A stretch of DNA of 64,000 nucleotides, taken from NCBI RefSeq assembly GCF_000519205.1, contig NZ_JAFB01000005.1, forward strand, positions 37,724 to 101,723. The letters are read 5' to 3'. This document shows positions 19,041 through 28,270 of this stretch, piece after piece (position 1 is the stretch's first letter; every line of letters starts with the position of its first letter). The notes beneath the pieces are model-generated. The model made no database searches and had not been told where the DNA came from. It saw only the letters and a program-made list of their open reading frames with translations. The DNA is from Amycolatopsis taiwanensis DSM 45107. GTDB taxonomy: Bacteria; Actinomycetota; Actinomycetes; Mycobacteriales; Pseudonocardiaceae. Both the position numbers and the translations under genes were made by a program.

Positions 19041-20056
19041 ACCGTCACCAGCTTCCGGCGGCGCACCAGCACGATGAACAGTGGTGCGCCGACCACCGCG
19101 GTGATGATCCCGGCCTGCACCTCCGCCGGGCGCGCGATCACCCGTCCGACCACGTCGGAGGCCAACAGCAGCAATGGGGCGAGCAAGGCCGAGTACGGCA
19201 GTAGCCAGCGATGGTCCGGACCGGTGATCAACCGCGCCACGTGGGGCACGGCGAGACCGACGAACGCGATCGGCCCGGCGATCGCCGTCGCGGATCCACA
19301 AAGGACCACCACGGCGAGGGCGCAGACCAGCCGGGCGAGGGGGACGTTCTGGCCCAGCGCGCGGGCGACGTCCTCGCCCAGCGCCAGCGCGTTCAGCATC
19401 CGGCTCGACACCAGCGCGAGGAGAACCCCGGCCGCGATGAAGGGGATCGCCTGCAGGATCGCGTCCAGGTTCCGGCCGGTCAGCGACCCGACCTGCCAGA
19501 ACCGGTACTGGTCGAAGGTCGTCGAGTCGGTGAGCAGCAGTGCGCTCGTAACAGAGGAGACGGCGGCGGACACGGCGGTACCGGCGAGCGCGAGCTTCAC
19601 GGGGGTCGCACCCACGCGGCCGAGCGAGCTGATGCCGTACACCACGGCGCCGGCCGCGGCGGCACCCGCGAACCCGAACCAGACGTAGCCGTTGACACTG
19701 GTGATCCCCAGGGTGCTGATGCTCAGCACCACGAAGAGAGCCGCGCCGGAGTTGACGCCAAGGAGGCCCGGGTCGGCAAGCGGGTTGCGGGTCGCGCCCT
19801 GGATGATGGCGCCGGACAGGCCCAGCGCCACACCCGCGAGGATGCCGGCGAGGGTGCGCGGCAGCCGCTGCTCGTGGACGACGAGGTGGTCGTAGTTGCC
19901 GCTGTCGAAGTGGAACAGCGAGTCGAGCACCGTGCCCAGGGAAAGACCCCGCGAGCCAACAGCAATGCTCAACAGGACCGCTGCCACCAGCGCGGCGAAC
20001 ACGAGGAAAAGTCCGGCCGTCCGCGAGAGAACTTTCGGCCGCGCACGCTCGGACAC
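19037..20056 (-). CDS. FecCD-family iron-siderophore ABC permease
   Basis: A 339-aa polytopic protein with GTG start. It is the first gene of the operon. Confidence 0.85.
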   Translation of the reverse strand: MSERARPKVLSRTAGLFLVFAALVAAVLLSIAVGSRGLSLGTVLDSLFHFDSGNYDHLVVHEQRLPRTLAGILAGVALGLSGAIIQGATRNPLADPGLLGVNSGAALFVVLSISTLGITSVNGYVWFGFAGAAAAGAVVYGISSLGRVGATPVKLALAGTAVSAAVSSVTSALLLTDSTTFDQYRFWQVGSLTGRNLDAILQAIPFIAAGVLLALVSSRMLNALALGEDVARALGQNVPLARLVCALAVVVLCGSATAIAGPIAFVGLAVPHVARLITGPDHRWLLPYSALLAPLLLLASDVVGRVIARPAEVQAGIITAVVGAPLFIVLVRRRKLVTV

Positions 20057-20083
20057 AGATCGCCTACCCTTGCCTCCAGTTAC

Positions 20084-20102
20084 TTAGGCTTGCCTAGCCT
20101 AT
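20084..20102. promoter_or_regulatory. candidate IdeR/DtxR iron box (TTAGGCTTGCCTAGCCTAT)
   Basis: 14 of 19 positions match the actinobacterial iron-box consensus TTAGGTTAGGCTAACCTAA. It lies 28 bp upstream of the siderophore-uptake operon start. Confidence 0.4.
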
Positions 20103-20611
20103 CTAACAGGAGTGAGGATGTCGTTGTCGAACAGATCACTTCGATCGCGGGCAACTGGATCACTCGTCGATGCCGGCCGGCCCAGGTCCTGACCATGCCA
20201 CTTGCGGGCGGCGATCAGCCGGCCGTCGCCGCAGTGGTGTTGGTGAGGGCAAATCGGCTTCTGGCGCGGGTTCGTCCACGAGATCACCGGACGATGGACG
20301 CCCGGCTGATCTCCGAAGCAGCGGCGGACCTGTGGAGAGAGTGGGCGGCCTGGGGCGGCACCTGGACGACGCCGACCCTGCCTTACGTCCGGACATGATC
20401 AAGAAGGCCGCTGCCTGCCGATCAGGAACCTGAACAAGCGGCTGATGGTTCTGCTTGTTCACATGAGCTGCTTCAGCGTTGGAGCGAGCGACCACGCGCT
20501 TTCACGGCGCCTTGTTCAATTGGAGCCAGATGTCCGAAACAGTGTCGTGGCTTGTGAGTTACTCGCGAAAACGCCTGCGGCGGAGGGATTCCAGATGGTT
20601 TCATTCCTGCC

Positions 20612-21247
20612 GTGCACCCCCAACAGGACCCGAAAGCCCAGCCGCCGCAACCGGCTCAGTTCCCGGCCGCGCCGGGATATCAGCAGAACCAGTTCTACGG
20701 CATGCCCCAGATTCAGCAGCAGTATCCTCAGCAGGCGTTTCCCGCCGCACCCCCGGTCGCGTTGCCGCCCGAGCCCGGCGCGCAGCCGGTCGACTCGGCA
20801 TTGCGCCTGGTCATCATTCTCATGTTCGTCAACCTCGGGCTGTCCGTGTTGACCACGGTCATCACGCTGCTCCTGCAGGAAAGCGTGATCGACTACCAGT
20901 TGGCCCACTCGCACCTGTCGCCCGACGCCAGCCCGGCGGAACTCGACCTGGTCCGGCATGCCCTGCAAGTCGGGCTGTGGACCAAGCTCGGCGCGACCGT
21001 GCTGGTCGCCGGCCTCTACATCTGGCGGGCCTATGCGCTGCGCCGGGGCTCGCGGGGCGCCTACATACGGCTGTACTACATCTGCATCGCGGGTGTTCTC
21101 GGTATCGCTTACTTGATCTTCGCGGCCCAGGCCCCGGTGTGGATGCGCGTCGAACAGGGCTTGCAGGCGGCGGTGCTGGTGGTCTTGCTGTTCGCGGTCA
21201 GTCGCAAGGAGGTGCGCTACCGCTTCGCCAAGCGGCGGTATTCCTGA
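20612..21247 (+). CDS. membrane protein with Gln/Pro-rich low-complexity N-terminus
   Basis: The N-terminal 70 aa are PQ-rich (QQNQFYGMPQIQQQYPQQ), followed by four TM helices. Confidence 0.55.
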   Translation: MHPQQDPKAQPPQPAQFPAAPGYQQNQFYGMPQIQQQYPQQAFPAAPPVALPPEPGAQPVDSALRLVIILMFVNLGLSVLTTVITLLLQESVIDYQLAHSHLSPDASPAELDLVRHALQVGLWTKLGATVLVAGLYIWRAYALRRGSRGAYIRLYYICIAGVLGIAYLIFAAQAPVWMRVEQGLQAAVLVVLLFAVSRKEVRYRFAKRRYS

Positions 21248-21334
21248 TACCGCAAGTCGAGGACCTGCGCGACGGCCGCCATCACCGCGGCGACTCACCG
21301 CCATCGTCGCTGCGGAATTGTGTCCTTTTGCATG

Positions 21335-21808
21335 TCACCGAACCACTACTGTGCCGTTGCTGAGGTAGTTCACCGCATTTCGGATCTCCTCATGCGCGAC
21401 GCCGATGTCCTTGAGGGGCAGCACAAGCTCGCCGAACATGCCGAACGCGCCGATTGGGCCACTCCAGTACGGCACGCGAACGCTGAGGTAGTGCCGGCCG
21501 GCCCAACTGTTGATCCGCATCCGCCTGACCGCGGACCATGGCGCATGGAACGCGCCTACGTCCGATTCGTAGCCGACGCCTTGCGGACTGAAGATGAGCC
21601 GCAGGTTCCGCATTGCTTTGTGGACGCTGTAGACGCGGAGTTGCTGCACTGCTAGACCCAGGGCGGGCACCGCGGCGGCACTGAGGATCCATCCGCTTGC
21701 GCCACTGCCGAGCACCGCGAGGGTGATCGAGCCGGCCAGTGGCCACGCGACGTTGCAGCACTGCGTCGCGATGAAGATCCGGAGACGCCGAAGCTGACGG
21801 CGGTGGAC
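21335..21808 (-). CDS. hypothetical membrane protein (bacterial PH-like C-terminal domain)
   Basis: Two TM helices are followed by a soluble domain. The start is uncertain (GTG near 21808). Confidence 0.45.
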   Translation of the reverse strand, partial: VHRRQLRRLRIFIATQCCNVAWPLAGSITLAVLGSGASGWILSAAAVPALGLAVQQLRVYSVHKAMRNLRLIFSPQGVGYESDVGAFHAPWSAVRRMRINSWAGRHYLSVRVPYWSGPIGAFGMFGELVLPLKDIGVAHEEIRNAVNYLSNGTVVVR

Positions 21809-21997
21809 GCGCGAACTGCGTTCCAGGAAGAAGGTCGTTGGAGGAGCGGGCTGCACGCGCCGAAGTGTGCCAGAGATCCCCGGCCGGAACGGCGCCGGAC
21901 GGCCCGGTACCCGCGCCAGGCCGGTCCGGCCAATGCCGCCTTTTCCGGCCCTGGACCTCATTACGTCGACTGCCGGCCGCGCTATCGTGTCGGGCCC

Positions 21998-22612
21998 ATG
22001 GATACGAATTCAGCCGGCTCGCTGCCGGGGTTTCGCCGCAGATGGCTGCTGCCGCTGATCGTGGCGGTCGCGGTGATCGTCGCCGTGGGGACGCTGCTAA
22101 CCATACGTCTGCAGTTCACATCCGGCGAAGACGCCGCAGCAACGATGCCCACGACCGCCGGCCGGGCGGTGGCCCGCGGATATGCCTGCGGCGGAGACAG
22201 ATCAGACCCGGACCTGGGCAACATGTGCGAACGGCAGGTCAGGGACTATGCCCGCAGAAGTGAACTCACCACGCAGCAGCAGGCCGAAATCACAGGCGCC
22301 ACCGCGCGGCTTCAAAGCTGGTTTCCCCAACTGCCCCAACAGCTGAAATGCGATGTCGGCACCGGGCGGTGCCAGGTCCAATTCGACCCCATCGACGAGA
22401 CCTACGTTGCCGCCGCGCGCTCCGCAGTTGCCCGGGCCGGCTACCCGAACGCGGTCATGCGGCTCGCCCGCCCCGATGACCCAGCCCCGACCGGCAGCCT
22501 GGTGTACGGAATCCCAGTCGGCTCAGGCTGCACTGTCGGCTATCTGAACTCTGGCGGCGCAACCTACCACGTGGTCGGACCATTACCAGAAGGAACCTGC
22601 CTGACGCCGTAG
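21998..22612 (+). CDS. hypothetical secreted/membrane-anchored Cys-containing protein
   Basis: An N-terminal TM/signal segment (WLLPLIVAVAVIVAVGTLL) is followed by about 8 Cys in the mature region. Confidence 0.5.
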   Translation: MDTNSAGSLPGFRRRWLLPLIVAVAVIVAVGTLLTIRLQFTSGEDAAATMPTTAGRAVARGYACGGDRSDPDLGNMCERQVRDYARRSELTTQQQAEITGATARLQSWFPQLPQQLKCDVGTGRCQVQFDPIDETYVAAARSAVARAGYPNAVMRLARPDDPAPTGSLVYGIPVGSGCTVGYLNSGGATYHVVGPLPEGTCLTP

Positions 22613-22686
22613 TCGCCGGCCGCCGTCCGATCTCGGTGGCGGCCCGGTGGCCCGGTTTTGTCGGTGCTTGTCGGGAGACTGCGTCC

Positions 22687-22821
22687 ATGGCTAGCTGGGC
22701 ACAGTTCGAGAAGGAGGCGGCCGACCTCGCGGCCTTGATGATCACGTCGGTCGAAGGCGACGAACTTGTCGCCCGCCTCTGGCATCCTGGGCATCCGGTG
22801 AAAACCTTCCGCCGTAAGTAA
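22687..22821 (+). pseudogene. remnant of PPOX-class (pyridoxamine 5'-phosphate oxidase-like) gene
   Basis: MASWAQFEKEAADLAA resembles the characteristic N-terminus of this family. The rest is collapsed to 44 aa. Confidence 0.4.
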
Positions 22822-22838
22822 CCCGGCTCATCTGGCCA

Positions 22839-23534
22839 CTACCGGGAGTCATCGGCTTTTGGTGTGGCTGTCGAGGGTTCGGCGGTGGGGCGAAGGGCGG
22901 CGAGAGCGCCGGCGAACATGGTGGACTTGATGGCGCCAAGGGTGCCGGGGTCCTTTCCGGCCAGCGGGCTCACCAGGCCGCAGGCGACGGTGACGAGTTC
23001 GGATTCGGACGCGATGTCGTCGACGAGGCCGAGATCGCGTGCCGAAGGGCCGCCAAAGCGGCGGCCCGTGGTCATCGAGGCGATGGCGGCGGACGGGGTC
23101 AGCTTGCTTTGGATCAGGGCGGCCATTCCGGGCGTGAACGGGATGTTGATTTCCGCTTCGGGAAAACAGAAATAGCCGCGGTCGGAGCGCATCACGCGGA
23201 AATCGTGTGCCATGGCGAGCATGGCGCCGGCGCCGAAGGCATGGCCGTTGACCGCCGCCACGGACGGAACCGGAAAGGCGAGTATCCGGGCGAGGAGGTC
23301 CTGAACATCGGCGACATAGCCTTGCGCCTGGTCGGAGTGCGTGGTCAGCCACTCCAGGTCCAGGCCGTTCGAGAAGAACTTTCCGGTCGCCGTGGTGACC
23401 AGGGCCGTCGCGCCCGTGATCGAGTCCAACTGGGTGTGCACCGACTTCAGCCAGTCGGGAGTGAAGCGATTCTCGGTGTCGCCCAGATCAAGGATGTGGA
23501 CGCAATCCTGGGAACGCAGGGTGGGCACGGTCAT
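22839..23534 (-). CDS. enoyl-CoA hydratase/isomerase (crotonase) family protein
   Basis: A crotonase fold with VAAVNGHAFGAGAMLAMAHDFRVM. Its stop overlaps the tetR start. Confidence 0.85.
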   Translation of the reverse strand: MTVPTLRSQDCVHILDLGDTENRFTPDWLKSVHTQLDSITGATALVTTATGKFFSNGLDLEWLTTHSDQAQGYVADVQDLLARILAFPVPSVAAVNGHAFGAGAMLAMAHDFRVMRSDRGYFCFPEAEINIPFTPGMAALIQSKLTPSAAIASMTTGRRFGGPSARDLGLVDDIASESELVTVACGLVSPLAGKDPGTLGAIKSTMFAGALAALRPTAEPSTATPKADDSR

Positions 23535-24136
23535 TCCTTTCTCGGGGGAACGTCGAGAACCGCACGGACGGCGGCGGCAAGGCGGTCGCGAGTCGGCTGG
23601 TCGATCGGTTCGGCGGCCGTCAGGGGGCGGCGAAACAGCGCTGTCGGGAGGTCGACCACGCAGGTCGTGACCACCGCCACGGCCGCGGCGTCGCGGCGGT
23701 TCCAGACCAGGTGAGCGAGCCGGACCAACAGCGAAACCAGGCGTTTGTCCAGCGCCAGCAGAGCATCGGCAAGCTCGGTCGGTAGCTCGGGGCCGAGCAG
23801 GTGCTCCCGCTTCACGGTCAACAGCATCCTGGCCGCGGCCGGGCGTTGCCCGGCGAACACGGCTGGGGCGTCCGCCGCGGCCACCACCGCCGACACGGGG
23901 TTCGTGGCCTGATCGACCAGCCTCGACTGGAGGTCCAGAAAGCTGGTGGCGGCACGCAGCCACACCTGGCCGAGCAGCGTGGCAAGCGAACCGAAGGCAT
24001 GGTAGATCGAGCCGTTCGACACCCCCGCCGCCGCGGCCACGGCGCGAACGGTCAGCCCCCGCGCGCCCACGTCAGCCGCCAGCCGCTCCGCGGCGTCGAG
24101 CAGCTCTTGCAGGTCGTGCACGCGGGGCCGGGGCAT
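23531..24136 (-). CDS. TetR-family transcriptional regulator
   Basis: The N-terminal HTH is LTVRAVAAAAGVSNGSIYHAF. Confidence 0.85.
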   Translation of the reverse strand: MPRPRVHDLQELLDAAERLAADVGARGLTVRAVAAAAGVSNGSIYHAFGSLATLLGQVWLRAATSFLDLQSRLVDQATNPVSAVVAAADAPAVFAGQRPAAARMLLTVKREHLLGPELPTELADALLALDKRLVSLLVRLAHLVWNRRDAAAVAVVTTCVVDLPTALFRRPLTAAEPIDQPTRDRLAAAVRAVLDVPPRKE

Positions 24137-24262
24137 GCCCCACCATAACAGAGCACATGCTCCAAAACGACGGCAGCTAGTCTGGATCGTCGTCTGAAGC
24201 CAGCTGCGAAGAAGGAAGCTGCCTAACGCCGTAGTCGCTGCCCTTTATGTGTCCGAGCTGAA

Positions 24263-25156
24263 GTGATCTCCAGGCGGGATACTGGGTTGATGTTCGAGGG
24301 CTTCAGTACGGAGATGGTGCCCGGGGATGGTGTGGAGTTGTTCGTGCGCCACGGGGGTTCGGGGCCCGCGGTGTTGCTGTTGCACGGGCATCCGCGTACC
24401 TCGTCGACTTGGCATCGCGTCGCGCCGCGTTTGGTCGACTCGGGCTTGAGCGTTGTGTGTGCGGATTTGCCGGGGTATGGGCGTTCGGGGAAGCCGACTC
24501 CGGCCACGGACCATCGGCCGCACTCGAAGCGCGCGGGCGCCCGGCACCTTGTTGCGGTGATGCGCGCGTTGGGGCACGAAAGTTTCGCCGTGGTTGGGCA
24601 TGATCGCGGCAGTTACTACGGGATGCGGATGGTGCTGGACTATCCGGATCAGGTGTCGCGCGCGGCATTGTTGGACTGTGTGCCAATCAGCGAGCACCTC
24701 GACCGGGCCGATGCGCGGTTCGCCACGGCCTGGTGGCACTGGTTTTTCTTCGCCCAGCCCGACCTGCCCGAACGTGCCATTACCGCGGACCCGACAGCGT
24801 GGTATCGAGCAGATCGACCAGCGATGGGGCCGGAAAACTACGACGAGTGGTATGCCGCCGTTCACGACCCCGATGTCATCCGCGGGATGCTCGAAGATTA
24901 CCGGGCAGGGCTCACGGTCGACTATCGCGACGAGCAGGCCGATCGTGCCGAGGGGCGACACATCAGGCAGCCCGTCCTGGTGCTGTGGTCGTTGCGGGAC
25001 GACTTGGCGGAGTTGTACGGCGATCCATTGGTCATCTGGCGGGACTGGGCCGACGACGTGACCGGTTTCGGCATCGACTCAGGTCATCACATGGCGGAAG
25101 AAGCTCCCGAGGCCCTCGCAGCCGCGTTGCGCGACTTCCTGGCGAACTCGTTGTGA
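24263..25156 (+). CDS. alpha/beta hydrolase (haloacetate dehalogenase/epoxide hydrolase-like)
   Basis: LLLHGHP...TW...VVGHDRGS contains the nucleophile elbow. Confidence 0.85.
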   Translation: MISRRDTGLMFEGFSTEMVPGDGVELFVRHGGSGPAVLLLHGHPRTSSTWHRVAPRLVDSGLSVVCADLPGYGRSGKPTPATDHRPHSKRAGARHLVAVMRALGHESFAVVGHDRGSYYGMRMVLDYPDQVSRAALLDCVPISEHLDRADARFATAWWHWFFFAQPDLPERAITADPTAWYRADRPAMGPENYDEWYAAVHDPDVIRGMLEDYRAGLTVDYRDEQADRAEGRHIRQPVLVLWSLRDDLAELYGDPLVIWRDWADDVTGFGIDSGHHMAEEAPEALAAALRDFLANSL

Positions 25157-25188
25157 TCTCGGATGATTACGCGTGAACAGTCTCACGG

Positions 25189-25719
25189 TCACTCTTTCCC
25201 GGCGTTGTCCGGTGTCAGTCCGGCGACGAGGTTGAAGGCGCCGGTGAGGAGGTTGAGCGCGACGATGCCGACGACGTCGGCGATTTCTCGATCGCTGTAG
25301 CCGTGCTCGCGCAAGGCCGCGATCTGCTGGTCGGTGATGGAGGTCGGCTCGCGGTAGACCCGGAGTCCGAGATCGATGGCGGCCGCGATCGCCGGATCGG
25401 CCGAAGTGCCCTCGCGGGCGCGGGCGATCTCGTCGTCGTCCACCCCGAGGCCACGCGCCGCCGCGATGTGCGCTTCGAGGCACAAGCCGCATCCCTGCTG
25501 GACCTGGACCGCGATGGAGAGCCGTTCGCTGATCTTGCGGTTCAGCTTGGCTCGTTTCATTGCCCGGCTGAGCTGGAGATAGCCGCCGAGGACGGCCGGT
25601 GAATGGGCCATGGTGGCGACCATGTCGCCGACCTGGCCGTGCCGGGACACGAGTTCGCCCAAGAGGTCGCGCGACGCGCCGACCGCGGTGTCCGGAGTGA
25701 GTCGGGTGAGTCGGGGCAT
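25189..25719 (-). CDS. carboxymuconolactone decarboxylase (AhpD-like) family protein
   Basis: The 176-aa protein carries the CxxxH-like motif QQGCGLCLEAH. The ORF-track extension to 26253 is rejected. Confidence 0.8.
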   Translation of the reverse strand: MPRLTRLTPDTAVGASRDLLGELVSRHGQVGDMVATMAHSPAVLGGYLQLSRAMKRAKLNRKISERLSIAVQVQQGCGLCLEAHIAAARGLGVDDDEIARAREGTSADPAIAAAIDLGLRVYREPTSITDQQIAALREHGYSDREIADVVGIVALNLLTGAFNLVAGLTPDNAGKE

Positions 25720-26075
25720 GGGACTCCGCCTTTGCTGGTCGGGGGGCCTTCGTGCTGTTCGTGGCCGGCAACGGTGCTGAGGTCCGATACCCCCAGTCCG
25801 TCGGCGCACATTCGGTCGGGGGTCGGGGGCTCGACTGGGCGGCCGGGGGTATGTGTCCCCTCGTGTTGCGTCAGTGGGCTGCTGGTCAGGATCGGACCAG
25901 TCGGGCGATGGCGTTCGGATGGTTCCTCGAGCCACTCGTCGATGAGATACCTGCCAGGGGTATTCGTCCTTGCGCCCTAAACTATACCCCCCTAAGGTAA
26001 GTTGCAACCCCGGTTTCCCGACAGGGCCACGACAGGTCCGTTGACCAACAGTCGGGGCGGACAAAGGAGAACCCA

Positions 26076-26294
26076 ATGCGAGTGCAGGTCGATCTCGATC
26101 GATGCGAGGCCAACGGTCTGTGCGTCCTGGCGGCACCGGAGGTCTTCGACCTCGACGACAACGACCAACTCCAGTACGACCCCGAGCCCGGCGAGGAATT
26201 GATCCTCGACGTCGAGGACGCTGCTCGCAGTTGCCCCGTGCAGGCCATCGCACTCACCCGTACCGCGGCCGATGGCGGAGAGGTCCCGTCATGA
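26076..26294 (+). CDS. 3Fe-4S ferredoxin
   Basis: The 72-aa protein has CEANGLC...CP, the arrangement seen in P450-type ferredoxins. Confidence 0.8.
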   Translation: MRVQVDLDRCEANGLCVLAAPEVFDLDDNDQLQYDPEPGEELILDVEDAARSCPVQAIALTRTAADGGEVPS

Positions 26295-27646
26295 CGGCCA
26301 ACCGCGCGGGGTTGCACGTCGCGATCGTCGGCGCCTCGTTGGCGGGAGTCCGGGCGGCGGCATCCCTGCGTCAGCTCGGCTTCGAAGGGAGGCTGACACT
26401 CATAGACGCGGAACCAGGCGAGCCTTATGACCGTCCGCCGTTGTCGAAAGGGTTGCTCGCCCAGACACTCGACGACACCGCCGTACGGCTTCGCGACGCG
26501 TCGAAGATCGACGCAACCTGGATCCGAGGACGACGAGCGATCAATGCATCGACGGCCGAGCGGACGCTTGACCTCGACGACGACACGACCGTGGGCTTCG
26601 ACGGGCTGATCATCGCCACCGGGTCACGCCCACGATCCGACCTCCAAGCCTTGGTACCCGGAACTGACGGTCCACCGGCTGAAGTACACGTGTTGCGCAG
26701 CTTGAACGACGCCACCCGACTGCGACGGGCATTGTCGAGGCCTGGCATCCGAGTCGCCGTCATCGGAGCCGGATTCATCGGCACCGAGATCGCCGCCACG
26801 GCACGTCGACTCGGACATGCGGTCAGCCTGATCGACCAGTCCCCGGTTCCACTCCGGAAGGCGGTCGGCCCGACCGTGGGCGGATACGTGGCCGCCCTCC
26901 ACCGTGACCACGGCGTCGACCTGCACCTGGGCACTCAGGTCCGGGCGCTCGACGTGCGGCACAACGGGCGCATCTCCGGCGTCGTCCTCGACGACGACAC
27001 CGTCATCCCCGCCGACCTGGTGGTACTGGGGCTCGGCGCGATCCCGAACGTCGAATGGCTGCACCACAGTGGTGCTCTCCTGGACGACGGGGTACGCACC
27101 GACGCGCAACTCCGCGTTCGCGACATCTCGCACCAGTCGATCCCCGGAATCGTCGCTGCCGGAGACATCGCCCGCTGGCCGCACCCCCTCTTCGATGACG
27201 AACCCGTCCGGCTCGAACACTGGAGCAATGCCGCCGACCACGCGGCGATCGCAGCACGGACGGTGCTGGCGGACCTGGTGGGCGACCGCGCCCCCGAGGT
27301 GTGCGCGAGCGTGCCGTCGTTCTGGTCGGACCAATACGACCGCAAGGTGATGTCGGTCGGCCTCCCTCACCTGGGAGAGGACTCCGCCGTGCTCGACGGG
27401 CGGATCGCAGATGACCGCTTCGTCGTCGGCTTCGGCCGGCGCGGCCGCCTGGTCGGTGCGGTCGGCGTCGGCAGTCCCCGGACTCTCGCAAGGTACCGAC
27501 GACTCATCGCGCGCCAGAGCTCATGGCCGGTCGCTGCGGCGGATCCCGAAACAGGCCCTTCTGCGACGGGACCCATGCCAGGGCCGGCTTCGTCGCCTGC
27601 GAGCGCGTCTGTCGCATCTTGTCTCCCGTCAGGCCATGACCGATAA
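26291..27646 (+). CDS. FAD-dependent ferredoxin reductase (NAD(P)H:ferredoxin oxidoreductase)
   Basis: VAIVGASLAGVRAA is the FAD GxGxxG motif. VIGAGFIGTEIA is the NAD motif. Its ATG overlaps the ferredoxin stop. Confidence 0.85.
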   Translation: MTANRAGLHVAIVGASLAGVRAAASLRQLGFEGRLTLIDAEPGEPYDRPPLSKGLLAQTLDDTAVRLRDASKIDATWIRGRRAINASTAERTLDLDDDTTVGFDGLIIATGSRPRSDLQALVPGTDGPPAEVHVLRSLNDATRLRRALSRPGIRVAVIGAGFIGTEIAATARRLGHAVSLIDQSPVPLRKAVGPTVGGYVAALHRDHGVDLHLGTQVRALDVRHNGRISGVVLDDDTVIPADLVVLGLGAIPNVEWLHHSGALLDDGVRTDAQLRVRDISHQSIPGIVAAGDIARWPHPLFDDEPVRLEHWSNAADHAAIAARTVLADLVGDRAPEVCASVPSFWSDQYDRKVMSVGLPHLGEDSAVLDGRIADDRFVVGFGRRGRLVGAVGVGSPRTLARYRRLIARQSSWPVAAADPETGPSATGPMPGPASSPASASVASCLPSGHDR

Positions 27647-27964
27647 CGGAGGAGCAGAGTCATGAGTGTGCACAATTCGCGTATACGCGCCGGTATCGCC
27701 ACCGCTGCCGGTTCTCCTGTCACTCGCACCATCGTGCGGTGTCTCATCGGGTGTGCCATTACCGCACTCACGGGGCGGATCAGCGCAGCGGAGCGGCCCG
27801 CTTCGAATACCTGCGCTTCGGGGTCTCGCTAGCTTGATCCGGGGAACAGGCGGCCGACCCCGTCAACCCAGAGCCATACTTGTGCCCGTCGCGAGTATCG
27901 AAGTCGGTTGGGGCGGGTTGGGCCGATTTCGGCGTTCTTGCCGGAACCTCGGAACTCGTCACAA

Positions 27965-28270
27965 ACCCAGAACTCACCTCCTTCGCCCCAGAACTCAGCC
28001 ACCCGAACCCAGAACTCGCCCACCTGCACCCAGAATTCAGCCACCTGAACCCAGAACTCGCCCTCCCCAGCCGGGGACACGCCAGCACCTGGCGTGTCCC
28101 CGGTTCAGGCACCCGAGTTCCCGGTTCAGGTGCCTGAGTTCCCGGTTCAGGTGCCTGAGTTCCCGGTTCAGGTGCCTGAGTTCTCGGTTCAGGTGCCTGA
28201 GTTCCCGGTTCAGGTGCCTGAGTTCCCGGTTCGGTCGGGCGTGTCCCCGGTCCAGGCACTTGAGTTCCGG
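27965..28270. repeat. 306-bp imperfect palindrome of 21-bp tandem units: L1-L5 inverted and degenerate, R1-R8 direct, R2/R3/R5/R6 identical, around a perfect 14-bp inverted-repeat centre
   Basis: Seen directly. The unit is ttcaggtgcctgagttcccgg; each unit has an inner TCAGG-TG-CCTGA near-palindrome. The centre is ccggggacacgcca-gcacc-tggcgtgtccccgg (28070-28102). Confidence 0.9.

Noticed and set aside
17907-19688. A 593-aa plus-strand ORF across the ABC ATPase and permease genes.
   Set aside because: It is antisense to three well-supported transporter genes, and its composition is typical of high-GC off-frames.
20120-20398. A small ORF (MPLAGGDQPAVAAVVLV..., 67 aa) between the IdeR box region and the PQ-rich membrane protein.
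   Set aside because: There is no RBS or motif support, and it overlaps equally plausible ORFs on the other strand.
25720-26253. The N-terminal extension of the AhpD-like ORF.
   Set aside because: It is Arg/Pro-rich with no similarity. A clean ATG at 25719 gives a 176-aa protein of canonical length.
27965-28270. A CRISPR array.
   Set aside because: The repeats are directly tandem with no spacers, and no cas genes are present.
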